Source of the DNA: Myxococcota bacterium
GTDB lineage: Bacteria > Myxococcota_A > UBA9042 > PHBI01
Assembly: GCA_046351155.1 (NCBI GenBank)
Contig: JAXLYZ010000005.1
Coordinates: 43,254 to 107,253, forward strand
Direction: 5' to 3'
DNA length: 64,000 nucleotides
Positions 48,276-58,337 of the stretch are shown here, piece after piece. The notes beneath the pieces were generated by a model, which searched no databases, was not told the DNA's origin, and was given only the letters and a program-made list of their open reading frames with translations. A program made the position numbers and the translations under genes. The first letter of the stretch is position 1. Each line of letters starts with the position of its first letter.

Positions 48276-49442
48276 TCACAGGACCGGCGCGTCGGCGACG
48301 AAGCCCTTCCAGCGGCGCAGGTACTGGACGAAGGTCGGGCTGACGTCGGCCGCGCCGAGCTCGGCCGCGGTCATCGGCGGGCGCCGCGGCAGCCAGCCCG
48401 GCGTCGCGGCGAGGCGCGGCCACTCGGGGTTGAGGATGGCGGCGCGACCGAGGGCGACCGGCGCGCTCCCGACCGGTCCACCGACCGAGCCGACCCAGCT
48501 CGCGACCTCGTCGGGCGTCCAGAACTGACCCGCCGCGACCATCGGCACGTCCGCCGGGACGGCCGCGCGCACGCGCCGATACGGGTTCTCGTCCGGGTAC
48601 TTGCGCGACGGCAGGCGGTGGTCCCAGAGCGACAGGTGGAGGAAGTCGATGCCGTCCTCGACGAGGTCGCGCGCGACGATGGCCGTCTCGTCGAGGTCGA
48701 GGCCGGTGATGGCGCCGTAGTTCTCGGGCGAGAGTCGCACGCCGACCAGGAACGGCGGCGGCACCGCCTGGCGGATGGCGCGCACCACCTCGCGCAGGAG
48801 GCGCGCGCGGCCCTCGAGCGAGCCGCCCCAGCGATCGTCTCGCGCCGGCGCGACCGCCGACAGGAACTGGCACAAGAGGTAGCCGTGCGCGCCGTGCACC
48901 TCGATGCCGTCGAAGCCGGCCGCGTGCGCGCGCAGCGCGGCGGCGCGGAAGTCGTCGATGACGCGCGCCAGGTCCTCCTCGCTGCCGGCGCGCGCGGGCT
49001 CCATGCCGGCGCCCGCGGTGGTCACCGCCGTGGCGCTCCACGGCTCGAGGCCCGACACCGCGCGCGCGGCGCGAGCGCCGCCGTGGAAGAGCTGCACCAG
49101 GCCGAGCGCGCCGCGCGAGCGCAGGCCGGCCGCCAGCTCGGCCAGGCGCGGCACGCACGCGTCGCGGTCGATGCCGAGCTCGCCCGGCCAGGCCTTGCCG
49201 TCCTGCGCCACGTAGGCGGCGCAGGTCTCGACGACGCCGAAGCCGCCCTCGGCGCGGCGCAGGAGCCAGCGCTCCTCGGCGCTCGACAGCGTGCCGTCGG
49301 GCTCGCTCTGCAGGTTGGTGAGCGGCGCGAGCCAGAGCCCGTTGCGCGCTTCGGTGCCGCGCGGGAAGCGCATCGGCCGCAGGACGTCGTCGATCGTCAC
49401 AGCGTGGCTAATCGGCTCATCTGACATGGCTTCGCTCCGCAC
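48276..49442 (-). CDS. NADH:flavin oxidoreductase, Old Yellow Enzyme family
   Basis: OYE signatures FDGIEVHGAHGYLLCQFLS, plus GGSLEGRARL and a TIM-barrel length. Confidence 0.8.
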   Translation of the reverse strand: MRSEAMSDEPISHAVTIDDVLRPMRFPRGTEARNGLWLAPLTNLQSEPDGTLSSAEERWLLRRAEGGFGVVETCAAYVAQDGKAWPGELGIDRDACVPRLAELAAGLRSRGALGLVQLFHGGARAARAVSGLEPWSATAVTTAGAGMEPARAGSEEDLARVIDDFRAAALRAHAAGFDGIEVHGAHGYLLCQFLSAVAPARDDRWGGSLEGRARLLREVVRAIRQAVPPPFLVGVRLSPENYGAITGLDLDETAIVARDLVEDGIDFLHLSLWDHRLPSRKYPDENPYRRVRAAVPADVPMVAAGQFWTPDEVASWVGSVGGPVGSAPVALGRAAILNPEWPRLAATPGWLPRRPPMTAAELGAADVSPTFVQYLRRWKGFVADAPVL

Positions 49443-49472
49443 GGGTCGCCCGGGTCGGCCACCCGGCTCCGC

Positions 49473-49796
49473 TCAGGTGACGGGCACCGGTGCCGCGCGC
49501 AGGATGTCCATGCCGGCCATGATCGGGCTCATCGCGTCCCAGATGGCGGTGACCTCGGCGTTCTCGCCAGCGCGGTCGAGCGCGGTCGCGTCGGTCCAGG
49601 TGAACACCTCGAAGAAGGTCGTGCCGCCGTTGGCGTCGAGCGCGCGCCAGACCTGCGCGGTCTTGGCGGTGGCCATGCCGAGGCGGTGGAGCGTCGGCCA
49701 GTTCTTCTGGATGAGCGCCTCGGCGGCGTCCTCCTGCCCGGGCTGAGGACGATACATGACGAGCACGTCGAGGGTGCCGCTCGGATTCGAAGCCAT
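49473..49796 (-). CDS. Small ABM/Dabb-like protein (putative antibiotic-biosynthesis-monooxygenase fold)
   Basis: 107 aa with an alpha+beta-like pattern. This is a weak call from size and pattern only. Confidence 0.35.
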   Translation of the reverse strand: MASNPSGTLDVLVMYRPQPGQEDAAEALIQKNWPTLHRLGMATAKTAQVWRALDANGGTTFFEVFTWTDATALDRAGENAEVTAIWDAMSPIMAGMDILRAAPVPVT

Positions 49797-49922
49797 GAGA
49801 ACCTCCGGCCGCCATGATGGACACGCCGAGGCGTTCGCACCAGCCGCCGTGGTTCAAATCGGAGAACGAACGCCCGCGGCGCCGCCGACCGACGATACTG
49901 CCGCTGGTCGATCGGAGGACCC

Positions 49923-51311
49923 ATGACGACGCGCCACCTCGCCCTCACCGCCCTCGCCCTCATCGCCGCCTGCGGCGACTCGGCCCCCGACGCGACCGCG
50001 ACCATCGACGCCACCGCGACCCCGGACGCCCTCGCCGACGCGACCGCGACCGCCGACGCGACCGCGACCCCCGACGCCATCGCCGACACGACCGCGGTCG
50101 ACAGCGCGGACGCGGACACCAGCGACGACCGCACCATCTTCCCCGGCCTCTACCGCATGGACGGCCTCGACCCGACGCTGCCCGACGACGACCTCGCGCC
50201 GCTCTGGGACCTCGTGCTCGACGCCGACGTCGTCGGCCTCGGCGAGAGCGTCCACACGTCCGGCGGCTTCTACGCGACGAAGGAGCGCCTCGTGCGCGAC
50301 CTCGTCCTCGGCCACGGCGTGCGCGTCCTGGCCATGGAGACGCCGCACACCGCCGCGACCTGGCTCGACCGCTACCTCCAGGAAGGCCCGTGCGACGCCG
50401 ATCCGGTGGCGGTCTTCGGCCCGCCGCACTACCCCATCTTCGGCGTCTTCGTCGACGACCACACGGCCGCCCTCTTCCGCTGGCTGTGCGAGTGGAACGC
50501 CGCCCACGGCGACGACCGCGTGCGCTTCTTCGGCTTCGACGCGCAGCAGCCGAGTGACGACCTCGACGCCTTCGCCGCCTTCCTCGACGCCCACGCCGCC
50601 GATCGCAAGGAGGCGGCCATGGCCTCGCTGGCGCCGTGCAACTCCGTCTATGGCGAGGCCTACCCGGCCGAGGACTTCGCGGCCTGCAACGCCGCCATCG
50701 ACGCGCTCGAGGCCGATCTCGCCGCGAGCGTCGAGGCGCAGGTGCCGGCCCACGACTGGGCCGAGCTGGCGATCGACCTCCGCTCGTTCCGCTCGTGGCA
50801 GGGCCAGGCCTTCTACGACGTGATCGACGTCCGCCGTTCGTGGGAGTCGCGCGACGTCGCCATGGCCGACATCTTCGAGGCGCGCGCCGCCCTCGACTTC
50901 CCCGGCCAGCGCATCGCCCTCTGGGCCCACAACTACCACCTCGCCGCCGACCACCCGCACATCGCGAAGACCAACTTCGTGGCCAACGCCCGGACCCTCG
51001 GCTCCGAGCTGCGCCTGCGCCGCGGTCGCGCCTATCGCCCGGTGGCCATCACCGCCTACCACCCCGGCATCAACTGGCCCGGCGTCAGCACCGGCGACGG
51101 CTCGACCGAGCAGGGCCAGGGCGACGGCGACATCGAGCAGGCCTTCTTCGACGACACCGACGCCGACCAGCTCATCTACGATCCGCGCTCGGAGTGGGCG
51201 CCGCCCGAGGCCGAGTGGTTCCTCTCCGAGGAGAAGATGATCATGCGCGACAACTTCGACGCCATCGTGTGGCTGCGCGCCTCGCCGCCCATGCACGCCG
51301 TCCTCTGGTGA
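49923..51311 (+). CDS. Erythromycin esterase (EreA/EreB) family lipoprotein
   Basis: RBS GGAGGAC. Lipobox LIAACG. Ere-family block VVGLGESVHTSGGFY. The N-terminus has an (ATAT-DA)n low-complexity repeat. Confidence 0.7.
   Translation: MTTRHLALTALALIAACGDSAPDATATIDATATPDALADATATADATATPDAIADTTAVDSADADTSDDRTIFPGLYRMDGLDPTLPDDDLAPLWDLVLDADVVGLGESVHTSGGFYATKERLVRDLVLGHGVRVLAMETPHTAATWLDRYLQEGPCDADPVAVFGPPHYPIFGVFVDDHTAALFRWLCEWNAAHGDDRVRFFGFDAQQPSDDLDAFAAFLDAHAADRKEAAMASLAPCNSVYGEAYPAEDFAACNAAIDALEADLAASVEAQVPAHDWAELAIDLRSFRSWQGQAFYDVIDVRRSWESRDVAMADIFEARAALDFPGQRIALWAHNYHLAADHPHIAKTNFVANARTLGSELRLRRGRAYRPVAITAYHPGINWPGVSTGDGSTEQGQGDGDIEQAFFDDTDADQLIYDPRSEWAPPEAEWFLSEEKMIMRDNFDAIVWLRASPPMHAVLW
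49975..50100. repeat. Coding tandem repeat GCGACCGCGACC... (ATATxDA)n
   Basis: Visible periodic repeat in the esterase N-terminal linker. Confidence 0.5.
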
Positions 51312-51413
51312 CCCGCTCGGGCGCGCCCGCGCGCCCCCACGTCGCGCATCGCGCGCGCGCTTTCGCTTTCGCCGACCGAGCGCCGTTCCACGAGGGCCAG
51401 TCCGGAGGTCCTC

Positions 51414-52904
51414 ATGGTCCGTCACCACGCCCCTGCCCCCATGCCCGCGCCCGCCACCCGCCCGCGCGAGCCGCGCTCGGGCGCGCCCGCGGGGGCTCCG
51501 GCCGCGGTCCCCGGCTTCGCCAGCGGTCCCGCGGGCGGCGGCCTGCGCGCCGCCTCCGAGGCCGCCGCGCGCAGCATCCAGGACGCCGGCGCCGAGGCCG
51601 CGACGGCGCGACTCGGACGCGAGCGCGTGCTGGCGATGATCTACGACCCGGCGCTCCTGTCGCAGCGCTTCCGCCTCGTGAGCGACCTCGCCGACGCCGA
51701 TCGAGCCGCCACCCAGCGCGACGCGACCAGCCGGCAGCAGTCGAACGCGATCCAGGCGGTCGTCCTCGGCGAGGCGCTGACGCTGTCGCGCGCCGACCTG
51801 CCCGGCCTCATCCGCGAGGCCGAGCGGCTGCCCGAGGGTCCCGACCCCGAACCGCCGGCCCCGCTCGGGCGCGGCCGCTCGGCCAACCAGGCGCTGCCGG
51901 TCGATCTCGGCGCGCTGCGCCTGAGCTTCACGCTGCCGGGCAGCACCATCATCAACCACTCGCGCGAGGCCGACCTGCTGACGACCGCCGAGACCCAGGT
52001 CTACCTGACGGTGTCGACGACCGGCATCGAGCTCCGCATGGAGCCGCCCATCGAGGTCAACCCGCGCTCGGCCACGCACGACGGCATCGGCGGCCTGCTC
52101 CGCGGCGCCGCGCCCGACTTCGACCTGTCGACGGTCTACTACGACTTCACCAGCGGGACCTTGCGCGTGGCCGGCGACGGCATGCTGCGCGAGCGCGTGC
52201 AGGCGGCCCTGGCGGCGGTCGTCATGCCGGCGCTGGCGGGCACGCCGCTGCGCAGGCCGGGCTACAATCCGGCCGAGGACCCGAACCTGCTGGCGACGCT
52301 CGAGCAGGTGCAGGCCAACTTCGCGCGCCTGCCGCACACCTCGGAGACGCGCGTCGGCGCGGCCGACGTGCGGCGCCCGTCGCTGGGCGCGACCTTCTCG
52401 CTGCGCGACCCGGTCGCGGCCGGCAGCGACCGGGCCGGCGTGCGCATCGCGGGCGGCACGGCCGTCAGCGTGTCGCTCCAGCTCGGCGGCAGCGCCGCCG
52501 AGATCGGCGGCGAGGCGAGCGCCCAGGCGATGGCCAACCACGTCGAGCGCGTGAGCCTCACCAGCGAGGGCATCACGCTCATGGTCGGCGGCTCGCCGGC
52601 GGCGCGCATCGAGGCCCTCGAGGTGAGCGGCGGCCAGGTCCGCGTGACGCGCGTGACCATGCTCGGCGACGCGCGCGCGGTGGGCTTCCTCATCTCGTAC
52701 TTCGGCAGCGCCGTGCAGGGCGCGCCACCGCAGCTCGCCGGCGCCATCGCCGAGCGCGATGGCGACGAGACCATCGCCGGCATCACCCGCGCCACCCTGA
52801 GCGGCCTCCTCACCGAGGCCGCGCGCGGCCTCGTCGGGCAAGCCCGCGGCGCGATCCCGGGCGTCGACCTGGGCGAGGTCTTCCACCTGGCGCCGGCCCG
52901 CTGA
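51414..52904 (+). CDS. Hypothetical protein (496 aa)
   Basis: RBS CCGGAGGT precedes the ATG. Protein-like sequence. The huge overlapping antisense ORF (49854-52886) is Arg/Gly noise. Confidence 0.5.
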   Translation: MVRHHAPAPMPAPATRPREPRSGAPAGAPAAVPGFASGPAGGGLRAASEAAARSIQDAGAEAATARLGRERVLAMIYDPALLSQRFRLVSDLADADRAATQRDATSRQQSNAIQAVVLGEALTLSRADLPGLIREAERLPEGPDPEPPAPLGRGRSANQALPVDLGALRLSFTLPGSTIINHSREADLLTTAETQVYLTVSTTGIELRMEPPIEVNPRSATHDGIGGLLRGAAPDFDLSTVYYDFTSGTLRVAGDGMLRERVQAALAAVVMPALAGTPLRRPGYNPAEDPNLLATLEQVQANFARLPHTSETRVGAADVRRPSLGATFSLRDPVAAGSDRAGVRIAGGTAVSVSLQLGGSAAEIGGEASAQAMANHVERVSLTSEGITLMVGGSPAARIEALEVSGGQVRVTRVTMLGDARAVGFLISYFGSAVQGAPPQLAGAIAERDGDETIAGITRATLSGLLTEAARGLVGQARGAIPGVDLGEVFHLAPAR

Positions 52905-52922
52905 TCGACGCGCCTCGCGAGC

Positions 52923-54623
52923 TCAGGGGTCGGACACGCCGTCGATGGCGGCGCGCACGCGGCGCGCGAGACCGTCGGGCGTGAACGGCTTGGGGATGTA
53001 GTTGACGTCGGCGTCGAGGATGCCCTGGTGGGCGATGGCGTTCTCGGTGTAGCCGGACATGAAGAGGACGCGCGTGTCGGGCCGCCGCGCGACCAGCGCG
53101 TGCGACAGCTCGCGCCCGCCCATCGGGCTCATGACGACGTCGGTGAGCAGGAGGTGGATGGGACCGACGCGCGCGTCGGCCATGGCCAGCGCCTCGGGAC
53201 CGCCGCTCGCGACCATGACCTCGTAGCCGTAGCGCTGGAGGATGCGCGAGGCGACCTCGCGCACGAGCGGCTCGTCCTCGACCACCAGCACCACCTCGTG
53301 GCCGGTCGGCGTGGCCTCGGGGCGCGGCGCACGCTGCGGCACGACGGCCTGGGCGCTGCGCGGGAAGTAGAGCTTGAAGCTCGAGCCGCGGCCGGGCTCG
53401 CTGTAGACGAGGATGCTGCCGCCGCTCTGCTTGACGATGCCGAAGGCGCTCGACAGCCCGAGGCCGGTGCCGCCGCCCGGACCCTTGGTGGTGAAGAACG
53501 GCTCGAAGATGCGCGCCATCACCTCGGGCGTCATGCCGCTGCCGGTGTCGCTCACCGCGATGAGCACGTGCGGCCCACCGCGGCCGATGTCCTTCACGCG
53601 CGCCTGCCCCTCGTCGAGCTCGACGTTGGCCGTCTCGATGGTGAGGCGCCCGCCCTGCGGCATGGCGTCGCGCGCATTCAGCGCCAGGTTCATCAGCACC
53701 TGCTCGAGCTGACCCGGGTCGACCTCGATGGGCCAGGCGTCGGGCTGCAGCTCGAGGCGCGTCTCGATGCCGTCGCTCATGAGGCGCGTCACCATGCGCT
53801 CGAGCTCGCGCACGGTGGCGTTGGGGTCGATGGTGCGCGGCGCCAGCACCTGGCGCCGCCCGAAGGCGAGCAGCTGGCGCGTCAGATCGGCGGCGCGCCC
53901 GGCCGCGCCGCGGATGGCCTCGACGCTCTTCCGGCGCTCGCCGTCGAAGCTCGCGTCGGCCAGCATCTCGGCCGAGTAGCCGATGATGACCGAGAGGAGG
54001 TTGTTGAAGTCGTGGGCGATGCTGCCGGCCAGACGCCCGATGGCCTCCATCTTCTGGCCTTCGCGCACGCGCTCGGCGGCCTGCTCGAGCGCGGCGTCGG
54101 CGCGGCGGCGCTCTTCGACGAGGCGGATGCGGCCGGCGGCGACCGACAGCTGGCTGGCCATGCCGAGGAGGTAGTCGAGCTGCTCGGGCTTCGGCGGGCG
54201 GCAGCCCTCGTCGGCGAAGGTGCCGATGCCGAGCACGCCGAGCGACTGATCGACCAGGCGCAGCGCCACGTTGATGATGGTGCGGTTGCCCAGCGCCTCG
54301 ACGAAGACCTTGTTGGTGCGCGGGTCGGTGCGCGCGTCCTCGACCACGACGATCGAGTCGCCGCGCATGATCTCCTCGATCATCGCGTCGCCCTTGATCG
54401 GGATGGTCGCCGCCACGGCCAGCACCTGGCCGGCCTGCGCGCCGGCCACGTCGATGAGCCGGAGCTCGGTGGCGTGCTCGCTCTCGGCGACGCAGACCCA
54501 GGCGTGGCGATAGCCCAGCGAGGCCTCGACCTCGTCGCGCGCGATGAGCAGGAGCTCGCCGAAGGTCGACGCCCGCTGCAGCTCGCGGGCGAAGTGGAGG
54601 AGCCGGGTCGTGGGAATCGTCAT
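52923..54623 (-). CDS. Hybrid sensor histidine kinase (GAF - HisKA - HATPase_c - REC)
   Basis: H-box AHDFNNLL; N/G boxes LNLALNARDAM, DTGSGM and GTGLGLS. The C-terminal receiver has VLVVEDEP, LLLTDVVMSPMGG and YIPKPF. The start is ATG 54623 or GTG 54644. Confidence 0.85.
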   Translation of the reverse strand: MTIPTTRLLHFARELQRASTFGELLLIARDEVEASLGYRHAWVCVAESEHATELRLIDVAGAQAGQVLAVAATIPIKGDAMIEEIMRGDSIVVVEDARTDPRTNKVFVEALGNRTIINVALRLVDQSLGVLGIGTFADEGCRPPKPEQLDYLLGMASQLSVAAGRIRLVEERRRADAALEQAAERVREGQKMEAIGRLAGSIAHDFNNLLSVIIGYSAEMLADASFDGERRKSVEAIRGAAGRAADLTRQLLAFGRRQVLAPRTIDPNATVRELERMVTRLMSDGIETRLELQPDAWPIEVDPGQLEQVLMNLALNARDAMPQGGRLTIETANVELDEGQARVKDIGRGGPHVLIAVSDTGSGMTPEVMARIFEPFFTTKGPGGGTGLGLSSAFGIVKQSGGSILVYSEPGRGSSFKLYFPRSAQAVVPQRAPRPEATPTGHEVVLVVEDEPLVREVASRILQRYGYEVMVASGGPEALAMADARVGPIHLLLTDVVMSPMGGRELSHALVARRPDTRVLFMSGYTENAIAHQGILDADVNYIPKPFTPDGLARRVRAAIDGVSDP

Positions 54624-54692
54624 GGGCGGGCCCCCATAGCACACCCCGCGCGCGTCTGGTCGAGGACAGAATCCAGTGGCCGCGCGGCGAAG

Positions 54693-55682
54693 CTAGGGCG
54701 CGGCCGGCTGCGGATAGTGCGGCGCCGGCGCGCCGGGCGGACGGCAGTGGATGGCGCTCAGCAGCGCGCGCATCGAGCCGAAGGGACCGTACGAGCGCGC
54801 CTCGCCCGGCGCCGCCTTCGACGCCGGCTCGAGCAGCTGGGCCATGATCCAGGGGCCGTCGCCGCAGAACCACAGCGCCGTGACGCCGACGCTGGTCTGG
54901 CCCTTGGCCACGACCGTGGTCGGCCAGAAGTGGCGGCGGCCGTCGTCGACGGCGGCCTCGTCGCGCGCGCCGTAGCTGACCTCGACCCCGAGCTTGGCGA
55001 CGGCCGCGCTCATGGTCGCCGCGAACTTGTCGATGTCGACGAGCTCCAGCGACGTGAGCGACAGCGTGGCGCCGTCGCCGTGGAAGATCTCCTGGGCCGC
55101 CGTCGGCGTGCCCTGCGTCCAGCCCGGCGGCAGCGTCACGACCACCGGCGCGCCGGTGATGTCGGCCTGTCGGCTCGCGTCGGGGTGGCAGCGCGCCGAG
55201 GCGACGATGGCGCCGTGGCGCGCCACCAGCTCATCGCTCTGGCCCATGCTGCGGAGCTTGTAGCGCACGCCGCCACACAGGATCTCGCTCGTCTCGGAGG
55301 CGTAGCCCGAGCCGCGCACCGACACCGAGCGCGTCGGCAGATCGCCGGCGCGATACTCGACCGCGCTGGCGCGGGCATCGCTCGCGCCGGTGGTGACCGC
55401 GACGCCGACCTCGGTGCGCGCCAGCACCTCGGGCTCGAGCAGCTTGGCCGGCCGCCACACCAGCGCCAGGGACACGCCGAGCCCGTGGTGGGTGATGACC
55501 TTGCCGTAGCCGTAGCTGCCGACCACCTCGGCGCCCTCGGGCAGCGACAGCGTGAGCGCGCCGAGGTCGATCGGCGCCAGCGTCGCGCCCCGCACCATGC
55601 CGGCCGCGAGCCGCCACACGCCGAGGACGGCGGCGACGCCGACCACGATCCACAGGACGATGCGACCACGCGTGCCCAGCAT
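54693..55682 (-). CDS. Membrane-anchored hypothetical protein
   Basis: N-terminal TM (IVLWIVVGVAAVLGVW), then a protein-like extracytoplasmic domain. Confidence 0.5.
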   Translation of the reverse strand: MLGTRGRIVLWIVVGVAAVLGVWRLAAGMVRGATLAPIDLGALTLSLPEGAEVVGSYGYGKVITHHGLGVSLALVWRPAKLLEPEVLARTEVGVAVTTGASDARASAVEYRAGDLPTRSVSVRGSGYASETSEILCGGVRYKLRSMGQSDELVARHGAIVASARCHPDASRQADITGAPVVVTLPPGWTQGTPTAAQEIFHGDGATLSLTSLELVDIDKFAATMSAAVAKLGVEVSYGARDEAAVDDGRRHFWPTTVVAKGQTSVGVTALWFCGDGPWIMAQLLEPASKAAPGEARSYGPFGSMRALLSAIHCRPPGAPAPHYPQPAAP

Positions 55683-55722
55683 GCTCCCTCGGCCCGGACC
55701 ATAGCGCCGGGCCGACGGGACG

Positions 55723-56370
55723 TCACGCCGCGTGGCCGCCGCGCGTCGACGGGTGGTAGGCGTCGAGGCCGTGCGGCACGAGCGCCATCACCGCCAGCGC
55801 CAGCGCGCCGGCGACGAGGCCGAGGTCGAGGACCACGCCCAGGCGCGCCACGCCGAAGACGCCGAAGAACAGGCCGACCGCGGCCAGGACGAGCGACCAC
55901 GCGCGCGAGCCGAAGCCGCCGGCGACCAGCGTCGCGCCGATGACGAAGGCCAGCGTCGGGCACGGCAGGAGGCCGAGCGGCGAGCGATAGAGGTAGGCGC
56001 CGAGCCCGGTGGGCGTCACGAAGTGCGGATAGAGCCAGCCGAACGCCAGCATGGCGACGCCGGCGACGTCGGACCAGATGGCCCCGGCGTGGACGGGCTC
56101 GCGCTCGAGGCGCAGCGCCAGGCCGAACATGAAGAACGCCAGCGCGCCCAGCACCACGGCGTTGAAGACCAGGCCGACGCCGAGCGCGAGCACCACCACC
56201 GAGACCAGCGGCAGCGCCAGCAGCGCGCCGGCCATGCGCGCCGACGGACGCCAGCCCATGAGCAGCGCGATGGCCACGCTGGCGGCGGCGAGGTGCCAGA
56301 GGACGGCGAGCAGCGAGTCGTCGTGGGCGACGAGGTCGAGACGATCGAGGATCTCCTGGGTGGTAGGCAT
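55723..56370 (-). CDS. Integral membrane protein, hypothetical (about 6 TM)
   Basis: Multiple hydrophobic helices throughout. Confidence 0.5.
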   Translation of the reverse strand: MPTTQEILDRLDLVAHDDSLLAVLWHLAAASVAIALLMGWRPSARMAGALLALPLVSVVVLALGVGLVFNAVVLGALAFFMFGLALRLEREPVHAGAIWSDVAGVAMLAFGWLYPHFVTPTGLGAYLYRSPLGLLPCPTLAFVIGATLVAGGFGSRAWSLVLAAVGLFFGVFGVARLGVVLDLGLVAGALALAVMALVPHGLDAYHPSTRGGHAA

Positions 56371-56433
56371 GGCACACCTCCGCCCCGGCTCGATGCAATG
56401 CGCGTACCCCGCGCGAGCCGCGCCGCGACGGCC

Positions 56434-57060
56434 TCAGCCGCGATCGGGCGCCGCGCCGATCGGGCGCAAGCGCGCGCGCTCCGTGGCGCTCAGCACCTCG
56501 GGCGTGGCGCGCGGCCGGCGCTCGGCGGTGAACACCGGCGACGGCTGCGCGCCGCCGCTCAGCGACCAGCTGACGAAGCGGAAAAGGAACTTGACCATCG
56601 CGCCGGGCGCGATGGTGGCCGGGGCGTCGGGCGGCCGCCCGCCGATGGCGGAGCGCCCGTGCACACGGATGGGCTTGCCGAACACGGCGTCGCGCTCCGG
56701 GCCCGCCGGCGGCAGCTCGATGAAGTTGTGGAGCAGGCCGATGAAGGCCATGCGCGGGCCCATGGTGTTGCCGATGGGCGTCCGGCAGCAGGCGGCGTAC
56801 CAGCGGTGCATGCCCTTGTCCGACAGGCGCACGCAGGCCAGGCGATCGGCGCCGGCGGTGAACGTCACCTGCGCCGGCGGCATCTGGAAGATGGCGCTGC
56901 CGCCGCGCTCGTCGAGGATGTCGTCGCGGCCGAGCCAGCGCGCGAACGCCTGGCAGTCGGCGCAGTAGCAGATGAGCTGCGTGGCGGTGCTCGGCGCGAG
57001 GCCGCTGGCTCGGCCGCGCAGCTCGCCGCAGCGACAGCGCAACATCAGATCGGTCGTCAT
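56434..57060 (-). CDS. Cys-rich hypothetical protein, GFA/CENP-V-like zinc motif
   Basis: CRCGE ... CYCADCQ ... CC spacing resembles the GFA family. The start MTTDLM is chosen within the longer ORF. Confidence 0.35.
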   Translation of the reverse strand: MTTDLMLRCRCGELRGRASGLAPSTATQLICYCADCQAFARWLGRDDILDERGGSAIFQMPPAQVTFTAGADRLACVRLSDKGMHRWYAACCRTPIGNTMGPRMAFIGLLHNFIELPPAGPERDAVFGKPIRVHGRSAIGGRPPDAPATIAPGAMVKFLFRFVSWSLSGGAQPSPVFTAERRPRATPEVLSATERARLRPIGAAPDRG

Positions 57061-57068
57061 CGGCGTCC

Positions 57069-57383
57069 TCAGGGCGCGGTCTTGGCCGCGTAGTCCATCA
57101 TGCAGTCCATGAACTCGTCGCACTTCGTCTTGACGAGGCAGGTGTCGTACATGCGCACGGTCATGTCGTCACCGACGCAGCTGTCGATGTCCTTCTTCTG
57201 GGCGGCGAGCGCCGCGGCCTCGGGCCCGAGCAGCTCGAGCACGCACTGCTGGTAGCGATCGCCGGCGCGCTCGCAGGTGGCGCGCGCGGCCTTCTTGTCG
57301 CCGCCGCAAGCGGGCGCGGCGGCGAGCGCGACGACGGCGAGGACCGAGCCAGCCAGGACGACGATGCGGGGCGCGTTCGACAT
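57069..57383 (-). CDS. Small lipoprotein, hypothetical
   Basis: MSNAPRIVVLAGSVLAVVALAAAPACGG, with several Cys in the mature part. Confidence 0.45.
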   Translation of the reverse strand: MSNAPRIVVLAGSVLAVVALAAAPACGGDKKAARATCERAGDRYQQCVLELLGPEAAALAAQKKDIDSCVGDDMTVRMYDTCLVKTKCDEFMDCMMDYAAKTAP

Positions 57384-57480
57384 GGGCGCGAAGGTAGCGC
57401 ACGTGGCCGCGCGGCGCACCCCCGGCGAGCCGCACCACGTCGGGCTTGCCAAGACCGGGACCGCCCCGCATGGTCCGCGC

Positions 57481-58308
57481 ATGTCGCCCTCCTCGCTGCC
57501 GGTCGTCCGCGCGGGTCTCCTCTTCGTCGACATCGACGGCACGCTGGTCGGGCCCGACGGCGTGCACGCGCGCGTGTGGCCGGCCTTCGAGCGCCTGCGC
57601 GCGGCCGGCTGGGGCATCGGCCTCTGCACCGGCCGACCCGGCAGCGGCGAGGCCCTGGCGCTGGCGCGCCGCGCCGACCCCGACGGCCTGCACATCTTCG
57701 AATCGGGCGCCTCGGTGATGCGCGCCGACGGCGAGGTCGTCGCCTCGGCGCTCCTGCCCACCGAGCTGCTCGCCGCCATCGTCGCGCTCGGCGACGCCCA
57801 CGGCGCGACCGTCGAGGCCTACACCGCGGCGGGCCGCTTCCTGGCGCGCGAGCGCGACGAGCTCATCGCGCGCCACGAGGTGCTGCTCGGCGCTGGCGCC
57901 GAGCTGGTGCCCGCGCTCGACCGGCTGAGCGGCCTCGTGCGCATCCAGTGGGTGGTGACGCATGCCGCCTGGCCCGCCCTGCGCGCGGCCGCCAAGGCCG
58001 GCCTCGGCGACGTCGACGTGCACGAGGGCCGCTCGCCCAAGATGCCCGACGTCGTCTTCGCCGCGGTCACCGCGCGCGGCGTCTCCAAGGCCTGGGGCAT
58101 CCGCCGCGCCGCCGAGCACTTCGGCGTGCCGCTCGCGCGCGCGGCCATGGTCGGCGACGCGCTCAACGACGTGTCGGCCTTCCGCATCGTCGGCCGGACC
58201 TACGCCACCGCCGACGGCGTGCCGGGGGCCCAGGCCGAGGCCCAGCGCCTCGTGCCCGGACCCGCCGACGGCGGCGTCGCCGACGCCGTCGCCGATCTGC
58301 TCGGCTGA
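57481..58308 (+). CDS. HAD-superfamily hydrolase (Cof-like, subfamily IIB)
   Basis: Motif I FVDIDGTL and motif IV GDALND. Confidence 0.75.
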   Translation: MSPSSLPVVRAGLLFVDIDGTLVGPDGVHARVWPAFERLRAAGWGIGLCTGRPGSGEALALARRADPDGLHIFESGASVMRADGEVVASALLPTELLAAIVALGDAHGATVEAYTAAGRFLARERDELIARHEVLLGAGAELVPALDRLSGLVRIQWVVTHAAWPALRAAAKAGLGDVDVHEGRSPKMPDVVFAAVTARGVSKAWGIRRAAEHFGVPLARAAMVGDALNDVSAFRIVGRTYATADGVPGAQAEAQRLVPGPADGGVADAVADLLG

Positions 58309-58337
58309 CGGCGTCCGCGCGCCTTCACCGTGTCACC

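Noticed and set aside
49854-52886. 1010-aa minus-strand ORF
   Set aside because: Antisense to the erythromycin-esterase homolog and the 51414-52904 gene. The plus-strand products have RBSs, a lipobox and family motifs. The minus product is Arg/Gly repeats.
53028-55943. 971-aa plus-strand ORF
   Set aside because: Antisense to the hybrid histidine kinase, which has a complete motif set, and to the membrane-anchored protein. The translation is low complexity.
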